A DNA stretch of 64,000 nucleotides from Alloascoidea hylecoeti. Lineage: Eukaryota. Of the stretch, positions 1 through 12,508 are shown piece after piece. How positions within the stretch are numbered: position 1 is the first letter of the stretch; the number at the start of each line of letters is the position of its first letter. The notes beneath the pieces were generated by a model. That model was given only the letters and a program-made list of their open reading frames with translations. It had not been told where the DNA came from and searched no databases. A program made the translations under genes and the position numbers. Location of the stretch: assembly GCA_001600815.1 (NCBI GenBank), contig BCKZ01000009.1, forward strand, positions 150,194-214,193, written 5' to 3'.

Positions 1-508
1 AGCTGGTGGTATGTTTTCTGGTAGGTCTGAAGCCTTGGATATTACTGCTAGAAATGATAGAGATAAAAAATTCCCTTATTCTGTATCTGGTAAATGGACT
101 ACCGAATTGATTCTTCATGGTGCTAAGAAATCAGAAAAACAAATCTGGAAACCAGGCCCACTGATTGATAAATCAGAAAAGAAGTATGGGTTTGGTGTAT
201 TTGGAGCTTCATTGAATCAAATTACAGAGATTGAAAAGGGTAAGATGGCACCTACTGATTCCAGAAATAGACCTGATCAAATTGCTTATGAAAATGGTGA
301 TGTCGATAGGGCAGAAAATTTGAAATTAGATCTTGAAGAAAAACAACGTGTTAGGAGAAGGGAAAATGAAGAAGCGGGCACACAACATGTGCCAAAGTTT
401 TTCGAGAAAGAAGCTGGTAGTGATAAATGGGTATTAATCGAGGGTGAGAAGAGTTACTGGAATAGAAGAAAGCGTAGTGATTGGGGAGATTTGTTAAATC
501 TATGGTAA
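1..508 (+). CDS. Oxysterol-binding protein (OSH3-like), 3' end of a gene starting upstream of the window
   Basis: C-terminal OSBP motif APTDSRNRPDQIAYENG..LEEKQR..R and ..YW..R...W..L..LW terminus. Confidence 0.88.
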   Translation, partial: AGGMFSGRSEALDITARNDRDKKFPYSVSGKWTTELILHGAKKSEKQIWKPGPLIDKSEKKYGFGVFGASLNQITEIEKGKMAPTDSRNRPDQIAYENGDVDRAENLKLDLEEKQRVRRRENEEAGTQHVPKFFEKEAGSDKWVLIEGEKSYWNRRKRSDWGDLLNLW

Positions 509-1130
509 ATTAATGGACAATACTTTTGAAAAAAGAACTTGCAATTGTGTATCTTATTGGAATTTTTATTTTTTTATTTTACGATTTATATACTTTTATA
601 TACAATAAAAACTATAGTTATAATTATATTGAATTGAATTATAAATGTATAAGCCTTATCGCTATAGCTCTGACTATCTTGATTAAGAAATGATAAAAAA
701 TCAAATTTGTATTAACTGTGTTCGAAGTTGCCGATTGTATGATGTATCGGAGGATGAATTTCGTATTTGGAAGAATTGGGTTCGGGTTCCAACAGGCATT
801 ATCAAATACATCCCCGAAATTCTTGAAGATCCCTTAAAAACTATCCGGGGTGGACCAAGGCTTCTAAGAGGGGGAAAGCTCTAATAAGTCGGAGAAAAAA
901 TCAAAAATCAGAAAAAAAAAAGTGCATAGACTTATCGCTGAAACTTAAATATATTTGAAATTCATACCTATATTCACGCATTTCCGCATCAGGCTATGCA
1001 GGTTGACAGTATGCAGTTTTCAAAGTTTGAATGTTCAGCTGACTGAGGTGCAGTATAAACACCACAAAAAAGGCCCATAATTCACCTTTTCTCTTCTCGT
1101 GTAACTACACACAAAGTATCTGATTTTACT

Positions 1131-1568
1131 ATGGTTTTTAACAACTCAGCGCAAGTCCTGGGGGATAGAGATGGTCTTGCTCCGCTTAATGGTGAGGTAG
1201 ACGACTTTCTAAATGAATTGGTCCATCACCATTAGAATGAAGACACTGGCGGGGATACTACTGCAAGTGGTTCAGTTTTAGACTCTAACCACATAAGAGC
1301 GCAATTAGCTATAGGAAATCTTCCTAACAACTCTACACATATCCAAGAAGATAAAGATGATTATGAGGTGGACGTTCTAAATCCATTGGTACATAATTAT
1401 CAGAACGAAGACACTGGTGGGGATACTATGACTATAAGTGGTTCAGTTTTAGACTCTAACCACATAAGAGCACAATTAACTTTAGGAAATCATCCTAACA
1501 ACTCAGCACAAGTCCTGGGGGGTAGAGATAGTCCAGCTCCGGTTAATTATGATCGTGAGGTAGAGTAG
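1131..1568 (+). pseudogene. Tandem-repeat ORF (~57-62 aa unit, ~2.4 copies) interrupted by an in-frame TAG at 1233-1235
   Basis: ATG at 1131 is in frame with ORF 1368-1568. Units start at 1140, 1326 and 1497. TAG sits where the next copy has CAG. TATAAA at ~1054. Confidence 0.55.
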
Positions 1569-2776
1569 TTCTCATTTAATCGCGCGTGTATATATAAAGG
1601 ATATAAGTCTTAAATCGTAACTCTGTAAGCGTAATCAATTACAACATCAAAAAGCAGCCAGTTGATCTAAACTCATGGGTCGGGTGTTATTGCATCTCAG
1701 ATATTAATTATCTTTGATATGCTGCTGCCACCATTTTAATTACTTGAGTCGTAATGTGAGATATAATAAGAATTAAAGTATTAAGTAATTAGTTGGTGGG
1801 AATTAAGCCGCGTAGAGCTGTCGTATAAGTGTTTTAGGTTTTCAACCTTCAAAGTAATAATATGTTAAGGAGATACTTAGGTCTTGCAGGGAGAAAAAGT
1901 AGATATTGGTGATAACAAAATAGATATCCATGGTGGCTGAATAAACGGATTGTATCACTGTGAAACGAATGTTGCGGTCAATATTTGGCGAAACTAGTCT
2001 CAGCAGTATGTTGAATTGCGTATTTCAGGGATATTAATTATTGATATGTGGGGTAAATTTGATTTATCATCTTTTAAAAGAAATTTTTTATTATAGTTAC
2101 TCGTTATCTTTGGTATTATATTAAGCTACTAGTATTGGATATATAAATATAGTGATATTAAAATTGTTTTTGTTATTACATAGTTATATAGATATATATG
2201 GGGTGATATTTATGATAACCCTAATTTCTCTGATATACTAGCTAGTTCCCACTTTAATAAGTTTTAGGAAGGGAGACGTTCTTCTATAAATAAAGATCTT
2301 TACCATGCCACAAAATAAATCCAAGGACATCGTCTAAGATGAGTCCATAATCCAACAAGTAGACCTATTAGTAAGGTAAGTTAATTATACTATTGAAGAA
2401 TCAATATGGCTATGCATATGCAATTTCTACTATACGTGCCAAATGTACACACATGAGAGTGACTAAAATATCTAACCAATATGGCCAATTCAAAGTGAAA
2501 AAAACTGCAAATAAAAATGATTAATCACTAATTTATCTAGATTAGAGTTTAAAGAATAATTCAAATGTTTAAAAGTGTGCTTTCTCACTATACTATATAA
2601 TGCTTTATAGGGTTCAAGAGGTTATGATTTTTTAAATGATTCAAAACAAAAATGTTTACAAATGCATATATATATAACTTATAGTTGATCATGATAAAGA
2701 TCAAGAACAATTATGTTCAAAACCTCATATTCAATGTTTCAAGCTTATTAATGAAGCAGGTATATTCTAATCATAA

Positions 2777-4232
2777 TTACTCATCAGAGTCCATAACTAA
2801 ATTTAGATCTGAGACCAGATCGCAATCCGAATCCGAATCAGAGTCAGATTCATTCTCTTCTTGTTTATCAACTAATACAAACGATGTAGCAATAAATAAA
2901 ACTCCGAGATAATAACCTAAAGAACCAACTTCGCCTCTAATGACCATATCACCAAGCATAGCTAAAGGAATATTAGCTGCTTGACCTATTGTAACGACTA
3001 AAGGTGATGTCATGAGAACAGCAAAACACCATAAATAATCACCAAGAGCAGCAACTATAACGTTAATCATTATAATTGTATACACTTTTATAGATGATGG
3101 TAATTCAAGCTCTTCAATTTCAAAATAATGACAAGCAATAATTACTGGCCATAACAAAACAATTGAAAAAAAGCCAGCCAAACCAAAGAAGTAGCTTGTA
3201 TCCAACTTTACATGATCTAGTTTTACCTTTAAAAACACAGTGTATGCAGCAAATAATGCTGTTCCTATCATAGAAAGAAATACACCTAATATATAATTTG
3301 GGGTTTCACCACCATCATTTGGTATTGAATTCTCATCTGTAGAATTCGAAGCAATTGTAACAAAAGTAATCCCTGCAAGTGACATCAAAGTTGCTAATAA
3401 TTTTGTAGTAGTGAAATGTTCAACATTCATAATAACACCAAATACTAAAGAGAAAAGACTAGTTGTTGAAAACAGAGCTGTTTCTGTACCAGCAGATAAA
3501 TAACCAAGACTAGCATTTATAGTTAGATTTGCGAAGTAATAAATAAAAGAATATTGTATTGCAATGATACATAATTGAGAAGTTGATAATATTTTCATGC
3601 TTTTAGTATGCGTATCTTGTAAAGTTATTATTCTTTGTTCTCCAACTTCAATATCTAATGAAGTTTCTGATGATGATCTTTTATTGGTTTTCTTTATAAG
3701 GGGTGTATTTTCATTCTTATGTGTGTGTTTGTATTTGGTTTTTCTACTTGTAAAATTTTGTGGACTAAAATTAAACACAAAACAAAATGGTTAGAAATGG
3801 TTATCGATGAATATGTAAGATAGGATCGATACGTACTTTTCGGATTGTGTAGGCATCTTATTCTGTACTTTATACTTAAGAAATGCATTTTCAATTTTAT
3901 TTAAACCAGTAGGAATCAAAAGGACAACGAAAGAGCAAGATGTTAGATAAGTGACTAAACATGGTTTTCTGTATATTCCACCTTCAAATAAAAACTATAT
4001 TATGTTCAATGTTAGATTTATGATCATGAAGGAAATTGTAATTTACAATGCTTACATTAAGAAGAAAAGTAGACGTTAGCCATAACAACAAGACCAAAAG
4101 TAGGATCAAAAGTCCTAATCTCCACCTCCGCCGATGAAGCTTATCGTTTTGTTGTCCATATAAATCAGTTTCTAAAAAAAGGTTATCTGTACTCGAAGGT
4201 TCGATCTCATTTGAATGATCCGCCCATGCCAT
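2777..4232 (-). CDS. DMT/SLC35F5-family (YML018C/THI74-like) transporter; exons 4232-4056, 3994-3837, 3764-2777
   Basis: Multi-TM EamA-type protein with YRKP..VTYL and LTSPLVVTIG-like motifs. GTAAGC and GTACGT donors, TCTAAC branch sites and TAG acceptors join the frames. Confidence 0.85.
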
Positions 4233-5067
4233 TTTGATCAGAATATATAATTATCAGATCAAGCTCAATGAAGGAGAATAAATGGTTAAAGAAATGAAAG
4301 AAGAAATCAAAAGAAAGAACAAGGATAAGATTATACAAGGAACAAACAAACGCTAAAAAGAAATGCTAGTTATCTATTGTGCGGTTATCTACAGCGCGCG
4401 CGTGTCTTATAAAATTATAAATTTTAGATAAGCTTTGCAATTGCGGTTGGTTGATCTTATTTTTATACTTTCTGTTCTTCCGAAGTATTTTTATTTAAAA
4501 TAAATATATTTCAATTGATCAGTCATTAGAAGCAAAAACTTGATGTTTAATCTTGCTGTCATTATCCATGATATTTTTTTTTAATGTCTTTCCAGCATAT
4601 AAAAATCTCCCCTCAATACGAATGCTTAAATATGCGAATCTACCATGAGGGAAGAAGTTTATTTCAAAAATTCCAAAGTTTTCCTTTTTGGGGAAAAATA
4701 CAAACTTTAACACGAACATAATTATAAGCTTACGTGAGATCTAGAATTATTAATAATTATGGTATATAATATGAATCTATAAAGTTATGTAAAAAGTCTA
4801 TATGAGCATCGAAATATCCAATTTTTAAAAATTCCTTTCAGTCGATCAATAGCGAATGAAACAAAAAACCGCCAATATAACTCATACTTATGTTCTTTTA
4901 ATGTATTATGCATAATGCAAATGTGGTGTTTTTTGTTAATAATTAAAAATCATTCATCAATATATTTCTGAGTATAATGATGATCATCAATGCTCTATAG
5001 ATCTATACTATTTTTTTTTTTTTTTTTGTATGTATATTTTTTCCTTCTTTCTTAATTTGTTGTAATT

Positions 5068-7128
5068 TTAACATTGACCTAATATTGAATTCTTAGGCCA
5101 ACCATAATCAGTGTCAGCCCATGTTGTAAGATTAACATTTTTATATGCTTTTGGATGGTCATTTATATAATCGTATGTAGGATAATCAGTTGGATCACAA
5201 GTAATTGAAACGGAATCATTTGGTTGATATATCCGTACATAATCAATTTTCATAGTTGAAGGCCATGCAATACCAAGCCAATTTATATAAGCCCAATTAT
5301 TAGATATACCAAGATTTAAAATAATTGACATTGGTTCTTTTGGCATTCTTCTCCAACCAATATTTCCTTCTGGATGTAAAGCTTTTGCATGTAATGTCCA
5401 TGTTGGTGTTTCACCTACAAACCAACGAACATATCCATCATCATTATCACTCATCATTTCAATTGCATATTTCTGGAATCTTCGATTAGCAATAGGTTCA
5501 TAATTTTCAAACCAAGAATCATTTAAAGTTGTTACAGCAGAAACGGCTTGTTGGAAAGGACCACCAGCATAGGTATTCATAGTAGTAGTTGTTTTATTGT
5601 GAATTTCAACAAAGTTATAATCAGGCATATACCAAATATCATAAGGAGCAATTTGAGAAGATTGAGAAGCAGTACCTACACCTAAAGTTGTATCAATAGC
5701 ACCTTCCAAAGCATCAATTTCGGGAGCACCTCTACCAGTTCCTTGATTTGGATGTTCTTCTCCATCACAAGTACAAGCATTTAATTTTTGACCGGGTAAA
5801 TAAGAAATGCCATCAGGACTTGATTGATTAGCAGTAGCACCTGCATCACAAGATTCATAAGTATAAGGCCAAACACCATCAGTTGAGGCTTTATAACCGG
5901 GTCTACCTAAATTACCCATTGTCCATAAACCAGGCCATAAACCACTAATATTACCTAAATTTGGTAATTGAGCACTAACTTCCATTACACCTTGAGTAAA
6001 ACATAATTTATTCCAACTTTGAAGCATACCAGATCTATAAAATAAATCATGATTTTCAAAAGCATCTAAACGTAATTGTAAAGAACCATTTGCAGTAGTT
6101 GAAGCATCAGGACTATACCATTCTAAATCATTTGTAGCAGCATAATGAACATCAGGACCCAACCAAAATTGATCATCACCTTCATAAAAAGTTCTACCTT
6201 CAGCATTAAATTCATCAGAAAATACTAATTTCCAATAATCACCACTCATTGCTTGTCTTGATTTTGCACTATCAGGAGTATCAGGATCAATTAAACTTGT
6301 TCTAATTCCACTTAATAAAGGATAGGTATAATCAGATAAGATTTCATATGTTTCACCTGTATGACTTTGAGTTACACCTGAATAGGTTAATGCAGGCAAG
6401 ACGATCATTAACATGATGGCACCTATAGCCACGCAAATGAAAGCAGCAAGACCAGCTTTACCTCTTCTATCCATTTCACTAAGTTTAGGCATTGGGCATG
6501 AACGATCCATATCTGCATCAGCTATAGGATCAGGGTTATGTAAATAATCGTCATCTTCTTTATCATCGATATGTAATGGGAAACTTGAAGCAGGATAGCC
6601 ACCGAACGGACTGAAGTCAGTATCAGCAACAAAAGGATTTGAATAACCAGAATTAACACTTGAACCACTCATAAAAGAAGAACGAGATATTGAGCCTGCA
6701 GAAACGCCTGAAGCAGTTCTTGGATATCGTTGATCAGTGACACTCAAATAGTTTGAGTCTCGTTCGGTAGATGAGAAGTTGTTACTATAATCATCTACAT
6801 AAGAACTGTTTTGCGAGTCTACCATATAAGGAGAATTAGCCGTTGATGGCCTTGGAAGCGCACTATTGGAGGTTGCGGGTAACAAATTTTCATAAGACTC
6901 CTGTTGCAAATTTGTAGCCGAACCACCAGCTCCTGCCAAATAACGGGAATCCAGAGACTGGACTTCAAACGGGTTCTGAGCCGGTCTTGTGCCTAGATGT
7001 TGAATGGACTCGTCATCAGATATTATGTCTGAGTCACGGTCACGTGCGTAGGAGGCATCTTGGGTTCTGAGATTGTCAGTAGAAGAGGTCTGGGGGGGAC
7101 GCTGATAACCTGTGAGGTCTCTTGCCAT
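5068..7128 (-). CDS. KRE6: Beta-1,6-glucan synthesis protein KRE6/SKN1 (GH16-like, type II membrane)
   Basis: LVFSDEFN..GRTFY.GDD, LWPGLWTMGNLGRPGY and GRGAPEIDALE motifs; single TM. Confidence 0.95.
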   Translation of the reverse strand: MARDLTGYQRPPQTSSTDNLRTQDASYARDRDSDIISDDESIQHLGTRPAQNPFEVQSLDSRYLAGAGGSATNLQQESYENLLPATSNSALPRPSTANSPYMVDSQNSSYVDDYSNNFSSTERDSNYLSVTDQRYPRTASGVSAGSISRSSFMSGSSVNSGYSNPFVADTDFSPFGGYPASSFPLHIDDKEDDDYLHNPDPIADADMDRSCPMPKLSEMDRRGKAGLAAFICVAIGAIMLMIVLPALTYSGVTQSHTGETYEILSDYTYPLLSGIRTSLIDPDTPDSAKSRQAMSGDYWKLVFSDEFNAEGRTFYEGDDQFWLGPDVHYAATNDLEWYSPDASTTANGSLQLRLDAFENHDLFYRSGMLQSWNKLCFTQGVMEVSAQLPNLGNISGLWPGLWTMGNLGRPGYKASTDGVWPYTYESCDAGATANQSSPDGISYLPGQKLNACTCDGEEHPNQGTGRGAPEIDALEGAIDTTLGVGTASQSSQIAPYDIWYMPDYNFVEIHNKTTTTMNTYAGGPFQQAVSAVTTLNDSWFENYEPIANRRFQKYAIEMMSDNDDGYVRWFVGETPTWTLHAKALHPEGNIGWRRMPKEPMSIILNLGISNNWAYINWLGIAWPSTMKIDYVRIYQPNDSVSITCDPTDYPTYDYINDHPKAYKNVNLTTWADTDYGWPKNSILGQC

Positions 7129-7362
7129 AGTCGGTGAGGTGGAAGTTGCGACGGTGGAGGTTTGAGGACAGGAGAAGAAAGCAAATAAATGTAATAAAAA
7201 TTAATTGCAATTTGCAATTGGAGGCTTACAATTTCATCCTTATTATTATTATAATTATTATACCTTGTAAAGAAACATATGCGACTCCTCTGAAACTTTT
7301 CAGGCTACATCTATAAATACTATTATACTTCATGATTAAATTTAATTGGTTCATATGTATAT

Positions 7363-9586
7363 TCATATCTGTTGGTAAAACAAAATGTATGCGCTTTTGT
7401 CATCTTCTTCAATCCGAGTTCCATTGATTTTACCATTTCCGTTCGAAATATTTGTTAAACCTGAAGGTAAATTAATACCAACTTCTTCATCTTGTAAATA
7501 TTGAACAGATGTATCATCAATGCGGATCCATCTATCCTTACCATCGTTACTTAACACATCAACAGTATAGTGTCCGCCTTCTGCAGAAAGACCATGATGG
7601 TAAACGACACCAGTTAACTTATAATTTCTGGATACGTCATCATTTTTATAAAACCTTCTTTTAGATTCTGTAAGACATGCCAACGGTATTGTTAATTTTT
7701 TACCAAATCCAATTCTTTTTCGTAATTTTTGTATATGTCCAGCTGTTGCTGATCCATTTAACAAAGATGAATTATTATTTTCATCATAATTATTAAAACT
7801 AAATCTTTTTAGATGTATAATTAAAACTTTTGGTAATTTATCAATAAAATTTTGTTTTTTTGCTTTAACTTCTTCACCAGTTGAACTTTTATAAGGTATT
7901 AATTCTGGATTATTAAATAATATAAAAGCATCTTCAATGGTTGAACATTTTGAATCTGATATATCTAATTGGATATGTTGAAAAGGATCTAATGTAATTG
8001 ATCTATCATCACTTTTAGAAAATGGTGTTTTTGGTACATGTAAAACTGATCTAAATTGTCCACCAAATAGTAAAGTTATTGGTGATTGCTGTATTGAAAC
8101 AGTTCTTTTTAATGATATTGTTTTTTTTTTACCAACTTCATGCCATTCATCATCGTTTTCTTCTTCTTCTTCTTCTTCATTTTCATTTTCTTTTTCATTT
8201 CCATTTATTGTATTTTCACCCATTAATGATTTTTTAAATTCTTGAAAATTTCTTTTTGGTAAATACATTTTTTGAAATTCTTCTAATTCTTTTGAATCAA
8301 TTAATTTAATCGATGTAAAAAATTCTTCATGTAATCCATCTAATAAATGACCTAAAAATTCTTCAGCATCCTCTTGTTGTCCCCAACGTAAATGAGAAAA
8401 TCTTGAATTTTTTGTTAATGATTTATATAATTTTTCAGGAGAAATTGGTGATAAGATTTTATTTTCATAATAATTAGAATTACTATTAATATTACCATTA
8501 CCATTATTGATATTTGAATTAGTAGTATTTCCATTACCATTTATAATTGAAAATCCATTTGATTGAATATCAGGAGATTTAAATTCATCAATAAATTCTA
8601 ATAATGATTTTGTTAAATTATTAGAAATATTAAATTTTGAAATTTCTAAAAATAAATTATAAAAAGGATTACAAAATAATAAAGCTTGTAAGATTGAATT
8701 CATATAACATATATTACCAGTATTTATTAAACCTCTTGGTTTTAAAATTTGAGATATTTGTACAGTTTTTTTAGTTTTAAGAAACATTGAACGAAGTAAT
8801 GGAATTGCTTGTGAGGTGAAAATATGAATTTGAGAAATTGAAGGTATCTGTAATGAAGTATTTGGTAATGTAGGAGATAAATGAGATGAAGGAGAATTAT
8901 GCAGAGATTGATTTTGATGATAATCTTCAATTTGATTTTGTATTTGACTTTGATTTTGATTTTGATTTTGATTTTGATTTTGATTTTGTATTTGTATTTG
9001 ATTTTGATTTTGTATTTGATTTTGATTTTGTATTTGATTTTGATTTTGATTTTGATTTTGATGTTCATGCTGATGTATTGATTCTAATTCATCTTGTGGA
9101 GACTTAAAAGGAGTCACATTTGAGGTAGATGATTTATGATTTTGTCTTGATTGCAATGCAATTTGTTCAGCCCAGGTGAGGGATTTTGGCTTTACTTTTT
9201 CAGGTGTCTGTATAACTTGTTCTTTTTTATTTAAATGCTTTGATGATTGATGCGAAGGTTGAGATTGTAATTGATTTATATCTTCATTATTAGTATTATT
9301 ATTATTTTTAATATTTTTATCATTATTTTTATTAGTTATTGTGGATATATCATTAACTTTCCGTTTCTGAGCAGAAATGTCATCCTTTAACTTTTGTAGT
9401 CGTAGTCGAGCAGCATATTGTATTTTCTTTTGTTCTATTAGTATTTTACGTCGCTGTTGTCGGAATATTTCAAACTCAGAAGAATTTGTTCCTATATAAA
9501 CGGGCATTTCCGGCTGGAAACAATTATTAGAAAACAAGAATATAAAAGCCAGTTATTAAGCAACATACCACAGTATATCGCTTCAT
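7363..9586 (-). CDS. UBP3: Ubiquitin C-terminal hydrolase (USP/C19), UBP3-like; exons 9586-9569 and 9513-7363
   Basis: Cys box GLINTGNICYMNSILQAL, QQEDAEEFL, His box VVYHHG..AEGGHYTVDV. 55-nt GTATGT..TTCTAAT..CAG intron after an MKRYTV exon. Confidence 0.88.
8932..9060 (-). repeat. Coding hexanucleotide microsatellite (CAAAAT)n encoding a QN/QI tract in UBP3
   Basis: Visible (TTTTGA)n on the + strand. Confidence 0.9.
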
Positions 9587-9679
9587 TCGGGAGATTTTGG
9601 AATGGAAAAAGGTTACTAAAAGAGGAAAAGTATGAAGAGAAAATGAGGTGTGAAAAAAATGACAGATGAGTAATCACAT

Positions 9680-9687
9680 GTCACGTG
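9680..9687. promoter_or_regulatory. GTCACGTG, Cbf1-type bHLH site in the UBP3/CLG1 divergent promoter
   Basis: Exact RTCACGTG match; function inferred. Confidence 0.45.
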
Positions 9688-10123
9688 TGTGAATAAACAA
9701 ATGCAATGCACATTTCCCGAGAGTGCGCACACAGATGCGCGCACAGCGCACACAGATGCGCCAGATGCGCCAAATGCGCTTTCCGCAAACAAATTTAAAA
9801 ATGCTAAAAAATTTATAATTAATTTTCCTTTGCCTTTTTCTTCTTTTGTTTTTTAAGTGTCAGCTTCACCACCCAAAAACCTCAAACAGCTGGACTTTCA
9901 GTCTTCGCTCGCTCTTCCTTTCTGGTGCTCCCGCCCACTCCGTCCCCGTCCCCCATCCACCACTCCTTTCGGCCCCTCCGTCCCGTCTGCCGTCCCCGTC
10001 CCCCCGAAGGACTGCTGGCTCAAAGCGACTGTTTATGTGGTGTACCTACAAATCCCTCTATTAGTCTGTTACTCCTCCTAAAAAGGGTCTTGGTCTTGGG
10101 ACTTGTTTCTCAGCTAATCTCCA

Positions 10124-12508
10124 ATGATCGGCCATCCTTCTTTGCTTGCTGAACAACCTTTCCAGCCTGGCTGTCAGCCTGGTTTCCAGTCTGGGTACCA
10201 GCCCGTGTTCCAGCCAGCTCCCCCGAAAGTCTTTCTTCCAAAACTTCTCCCGGCTCCGTTGCATCCTCAGTCTCATGATCTGGCCATGAACTGGTCCGCG
10301 ATGAGAAATTCAAGACAAGCTCAAGTGAAAACCACCATTCTCCCAACCCTCGCAAGAGAATCGTCATATGAAAGTCCTCTGGCCCAAAGCGCTGCTTCCT
10401 TCCATCAACAAAACCTCCCTTCTTCTGGTCCTCGTTCGAACTTTGTGGGTTCATCTTTTCCAAATGCTCCCTCGGTATCGAATTCCAGACCTTTTTCCGT
10501 TTTTTCCCATCCGCCACAAGATGACTCAGCCAAACCAAAATCAAGAGTTGAATTACCTAGTCTCAGTTGCATTTTTGGGCATTCAAATCAAAATTTGGAT
10601 ATGAATCAAAATTTCAATCAAAATATCGATGTGAATATGGATATGAATCAAAATGTAAATCAAAATGTAAATCAAAATGTTAATCAGAATGTTAATCAAA
10701 ATTTGAATTTTAGACTTAGTGATGAAAGAAACTCTTTTAATTCTTTGGATCAACCTTTCATTCCATCCCATTCTCGTACCGAGTCTCAAATAATCCAACA
10801 ACCTCAAGTTCAAGCTCAAGTTCAACTTCAACAAGTTCAACTTCAAGAACACCATAACCAAAAACAACAACAACAACAACAACAACAAGATGAACCTACT
10901 GGTGGAATTTTAGCAGTTTTAGACTATGATGTACCTCAAATGGTACTTTTCATACTTGAAACCATTTTTAAAACAAATTCAAATTTAAATTCTCCAGCTT
11001 CTCCATTTATTAATAAAGATATTTTACCAACTAATTTAAAACCAATTTCTGAAAAATTGGAAAAAACTTTAAATTCAACAAGATTACCAAAATCTACAAT
11101 TATGATTGCTTTAACTTATCTAACAAATTCTATTACAAAAACTTCTATAAATGGTGATGAAATTTTCTTAACAATTTCATTAGATAATCCACTAAAAGTT
11201 TATAAAATTATAATTATTTGTTTAATTTTATCATCAAAATTTAACGATGATGGTACATTTATAAATAAATCTTGGAGTGATGCAACAGGTTTAAATTTAT
11301 TTGAAATTAATAAAATGGAAGTTGAATGGCTAATTAAATTTAATTGGAATTTAAATATTGGTTTAAATTCAAATTGTAAAAATTTATTAATTTGGAAAAA
11401 TTGGAATCAATATTATAATAATTGGTTAATTGATTGGAAACAAAAAAAATTAAATTTTAAAAAAGAAATTGAAGAAATTGAAAGAAGAAATTTAGAATTG
11501 GAATTGAATGAGCGTAATCGTCAATTTCAAATTCAACAACTTCACTTAAAATTAGAAAGAGAATTAGAATTTGAACGTGAGCGTGAACAAGAACATCTAA
11601 GAGAGTTAGAATTTGAACGAGAACGTGAACGCGAACGTGAATGTGAACGTGAACGAGAACGTGAGCGTGAAAGATTTCAAAATTATGAAAGAGATATTTC
11701 TTTATCTTGTGTACCTGATTTATCACATCATCATCATTCAAATTCTCAATCTTCATTTTTTTTAAGTGAAGTAAATACTCCAATTCCAAAAATTGATTCT
11801 TATAATAATTATTATTCAACCGATTATTCTGATGTTACTTATTATAGTGATAGAATTGGATCACAATTAAACTCTTCAAATATCAATGAAAAATTACAAG
11901 CAGTACCTAATAATGTACCGTTACATTTACAAACTAAATCTCCATTAAGAGCAACTTTTTCAGTTCCTTTATGGTATGAGGATGAATATAAAAAATTAAA
12001 GGCAAAAAATTATAGTTATGAAACAAAGACAGGAGATAAATTACCTCCTTTATCAAGAGATTCAAAACAATTATCAACATCTTTTGGTGGTTTACCTTTA
12101 CTTTTACCGTTACCTTTATCAAATAATAATAGTAATAATAATAATTCAAATTTGCCTCAAAGAAGTTTATTTTCATCATCAGCATTCAATTCAAATTTCA
12201 ATTCAAACTCAAACTCAAACTCAAACTCAGTCTCTCGTCCATCCAATCAAAATGTGGATTTAAATCATAAAAATAATAATAATAATGGACTTTTATCATC
12301 AGCTTTTCCAAATAATTTCCCAAAAACTAATTATAAAGGATCTGATTTTTTCCCAACTAATAATAATTTAGGATCTGACTATAAACTACAAAATTTGAAT
12401 AATGGAGGAGGATTTGGAAATAATAATGGTCGTGGGTCTTTTTTTTGTTCAAAATTGACTTTTAAAAAAGATGGAATTGCTTCCATTGATGATGTATTAT
12501 CAAATTAG
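10124..12508 (+). CDS. CLG1: Pho85-type cyclin, CLG1-like, with long Q/N/ER low-complexity tracts
   Basis: GGILAVLDYD motif, cyclin box STRLPKSTIMIAL.YL..LILSSKF.DD.TF.NKSWSDATGL...EINKME.EWL. Confidence 0.85.
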   Translation: MIGHPSLLAEQPFQPGCQPGFQSGYQPVFQPAPPKVFLPKLLPAPLHPQSHDLAMNWSAMRNSRQAQVKTTILPTLARESSYESPLAQSAASFHQQNLPSSGPRSNFVGSSFPNAPSVSNSRPFSVFSHPPQDDSAKPKSRVELPSLSCIFGHSNQNLDMNQNFNQNIDVNMDMNQNVNQNVNQNVNQNVNQNLNFRLSDERNSFNSLDQPFIPSHSRTESQIIQQPQVQAQVQLQQVQLQEHHNQKQQQQQQQQDEPTGGILAVLDYDVPQMVLFILETIFKTNSNLNSPASPFINKDILPTNLKPISEKLEKTLNSTRLPKSTIMIALTYLTNSITKTSINGDEIFLTISLDNPLKVYKIIIICLILSSKFNDDGTFINKSWSDATGLNLFEINKMEVEWLIKFNWNLNIGLNSNCKNLLIWKNWNQYYNNWLIDWKQKKLNFKKEIEEIERRNLELELNERNRQFQIQQLHLKLERELEFEREREQEHLRELEFERERERERECERERERERERFQNYERDISLSCVPDLSHHHHSNSQSSFFLSEVNTPIPKIDSYNNYYSTDYSDVTYYSDRIGSQLNSSNINEKLQAVPNNVPLHLQTKSPLRATFSVPLWYEDEYKKLKAKNYSYETKTGDKLPPLSRDSKQLSTSFGGLPLLLPLPLSNNNSNNNNSNLPQRSLFSSSAFNSNFNSNSNSNSNSVSRPSNQNVDLNHKNNNNNGLLSSAFPNNFPKTNYKGSDFFPTNNNLGSDYKLQNLNNGGGFGNNNGRGSFFCSKLTFKKDGIASIDDVLSN

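Noticed and set aside
690..884. 64-aa ORF
   Set aside because: Short, no recognisable motif or coding signal
1233..1235. TAG reassignment or alternative genetic code
   Set aside because: TAG ends CLG1 and this ORF normally; CTG aligns to conserved Leu in TVP23 and PET100
1689..2049. Possible LTR pair (ATTGC..TCAG..GATATTAATTA..TTGATATG at ~1689 and ~2015)
   Set aside because: Only ~30 nt of AT-rich similarity; no TG..CA ends, PBS or TSD
8742..9107. Short ORFs of poly-IK, poly-DF and poly-IL
   Set aside because: Alternative-frame translations of the (CAAAAT)n tract inside UBP3
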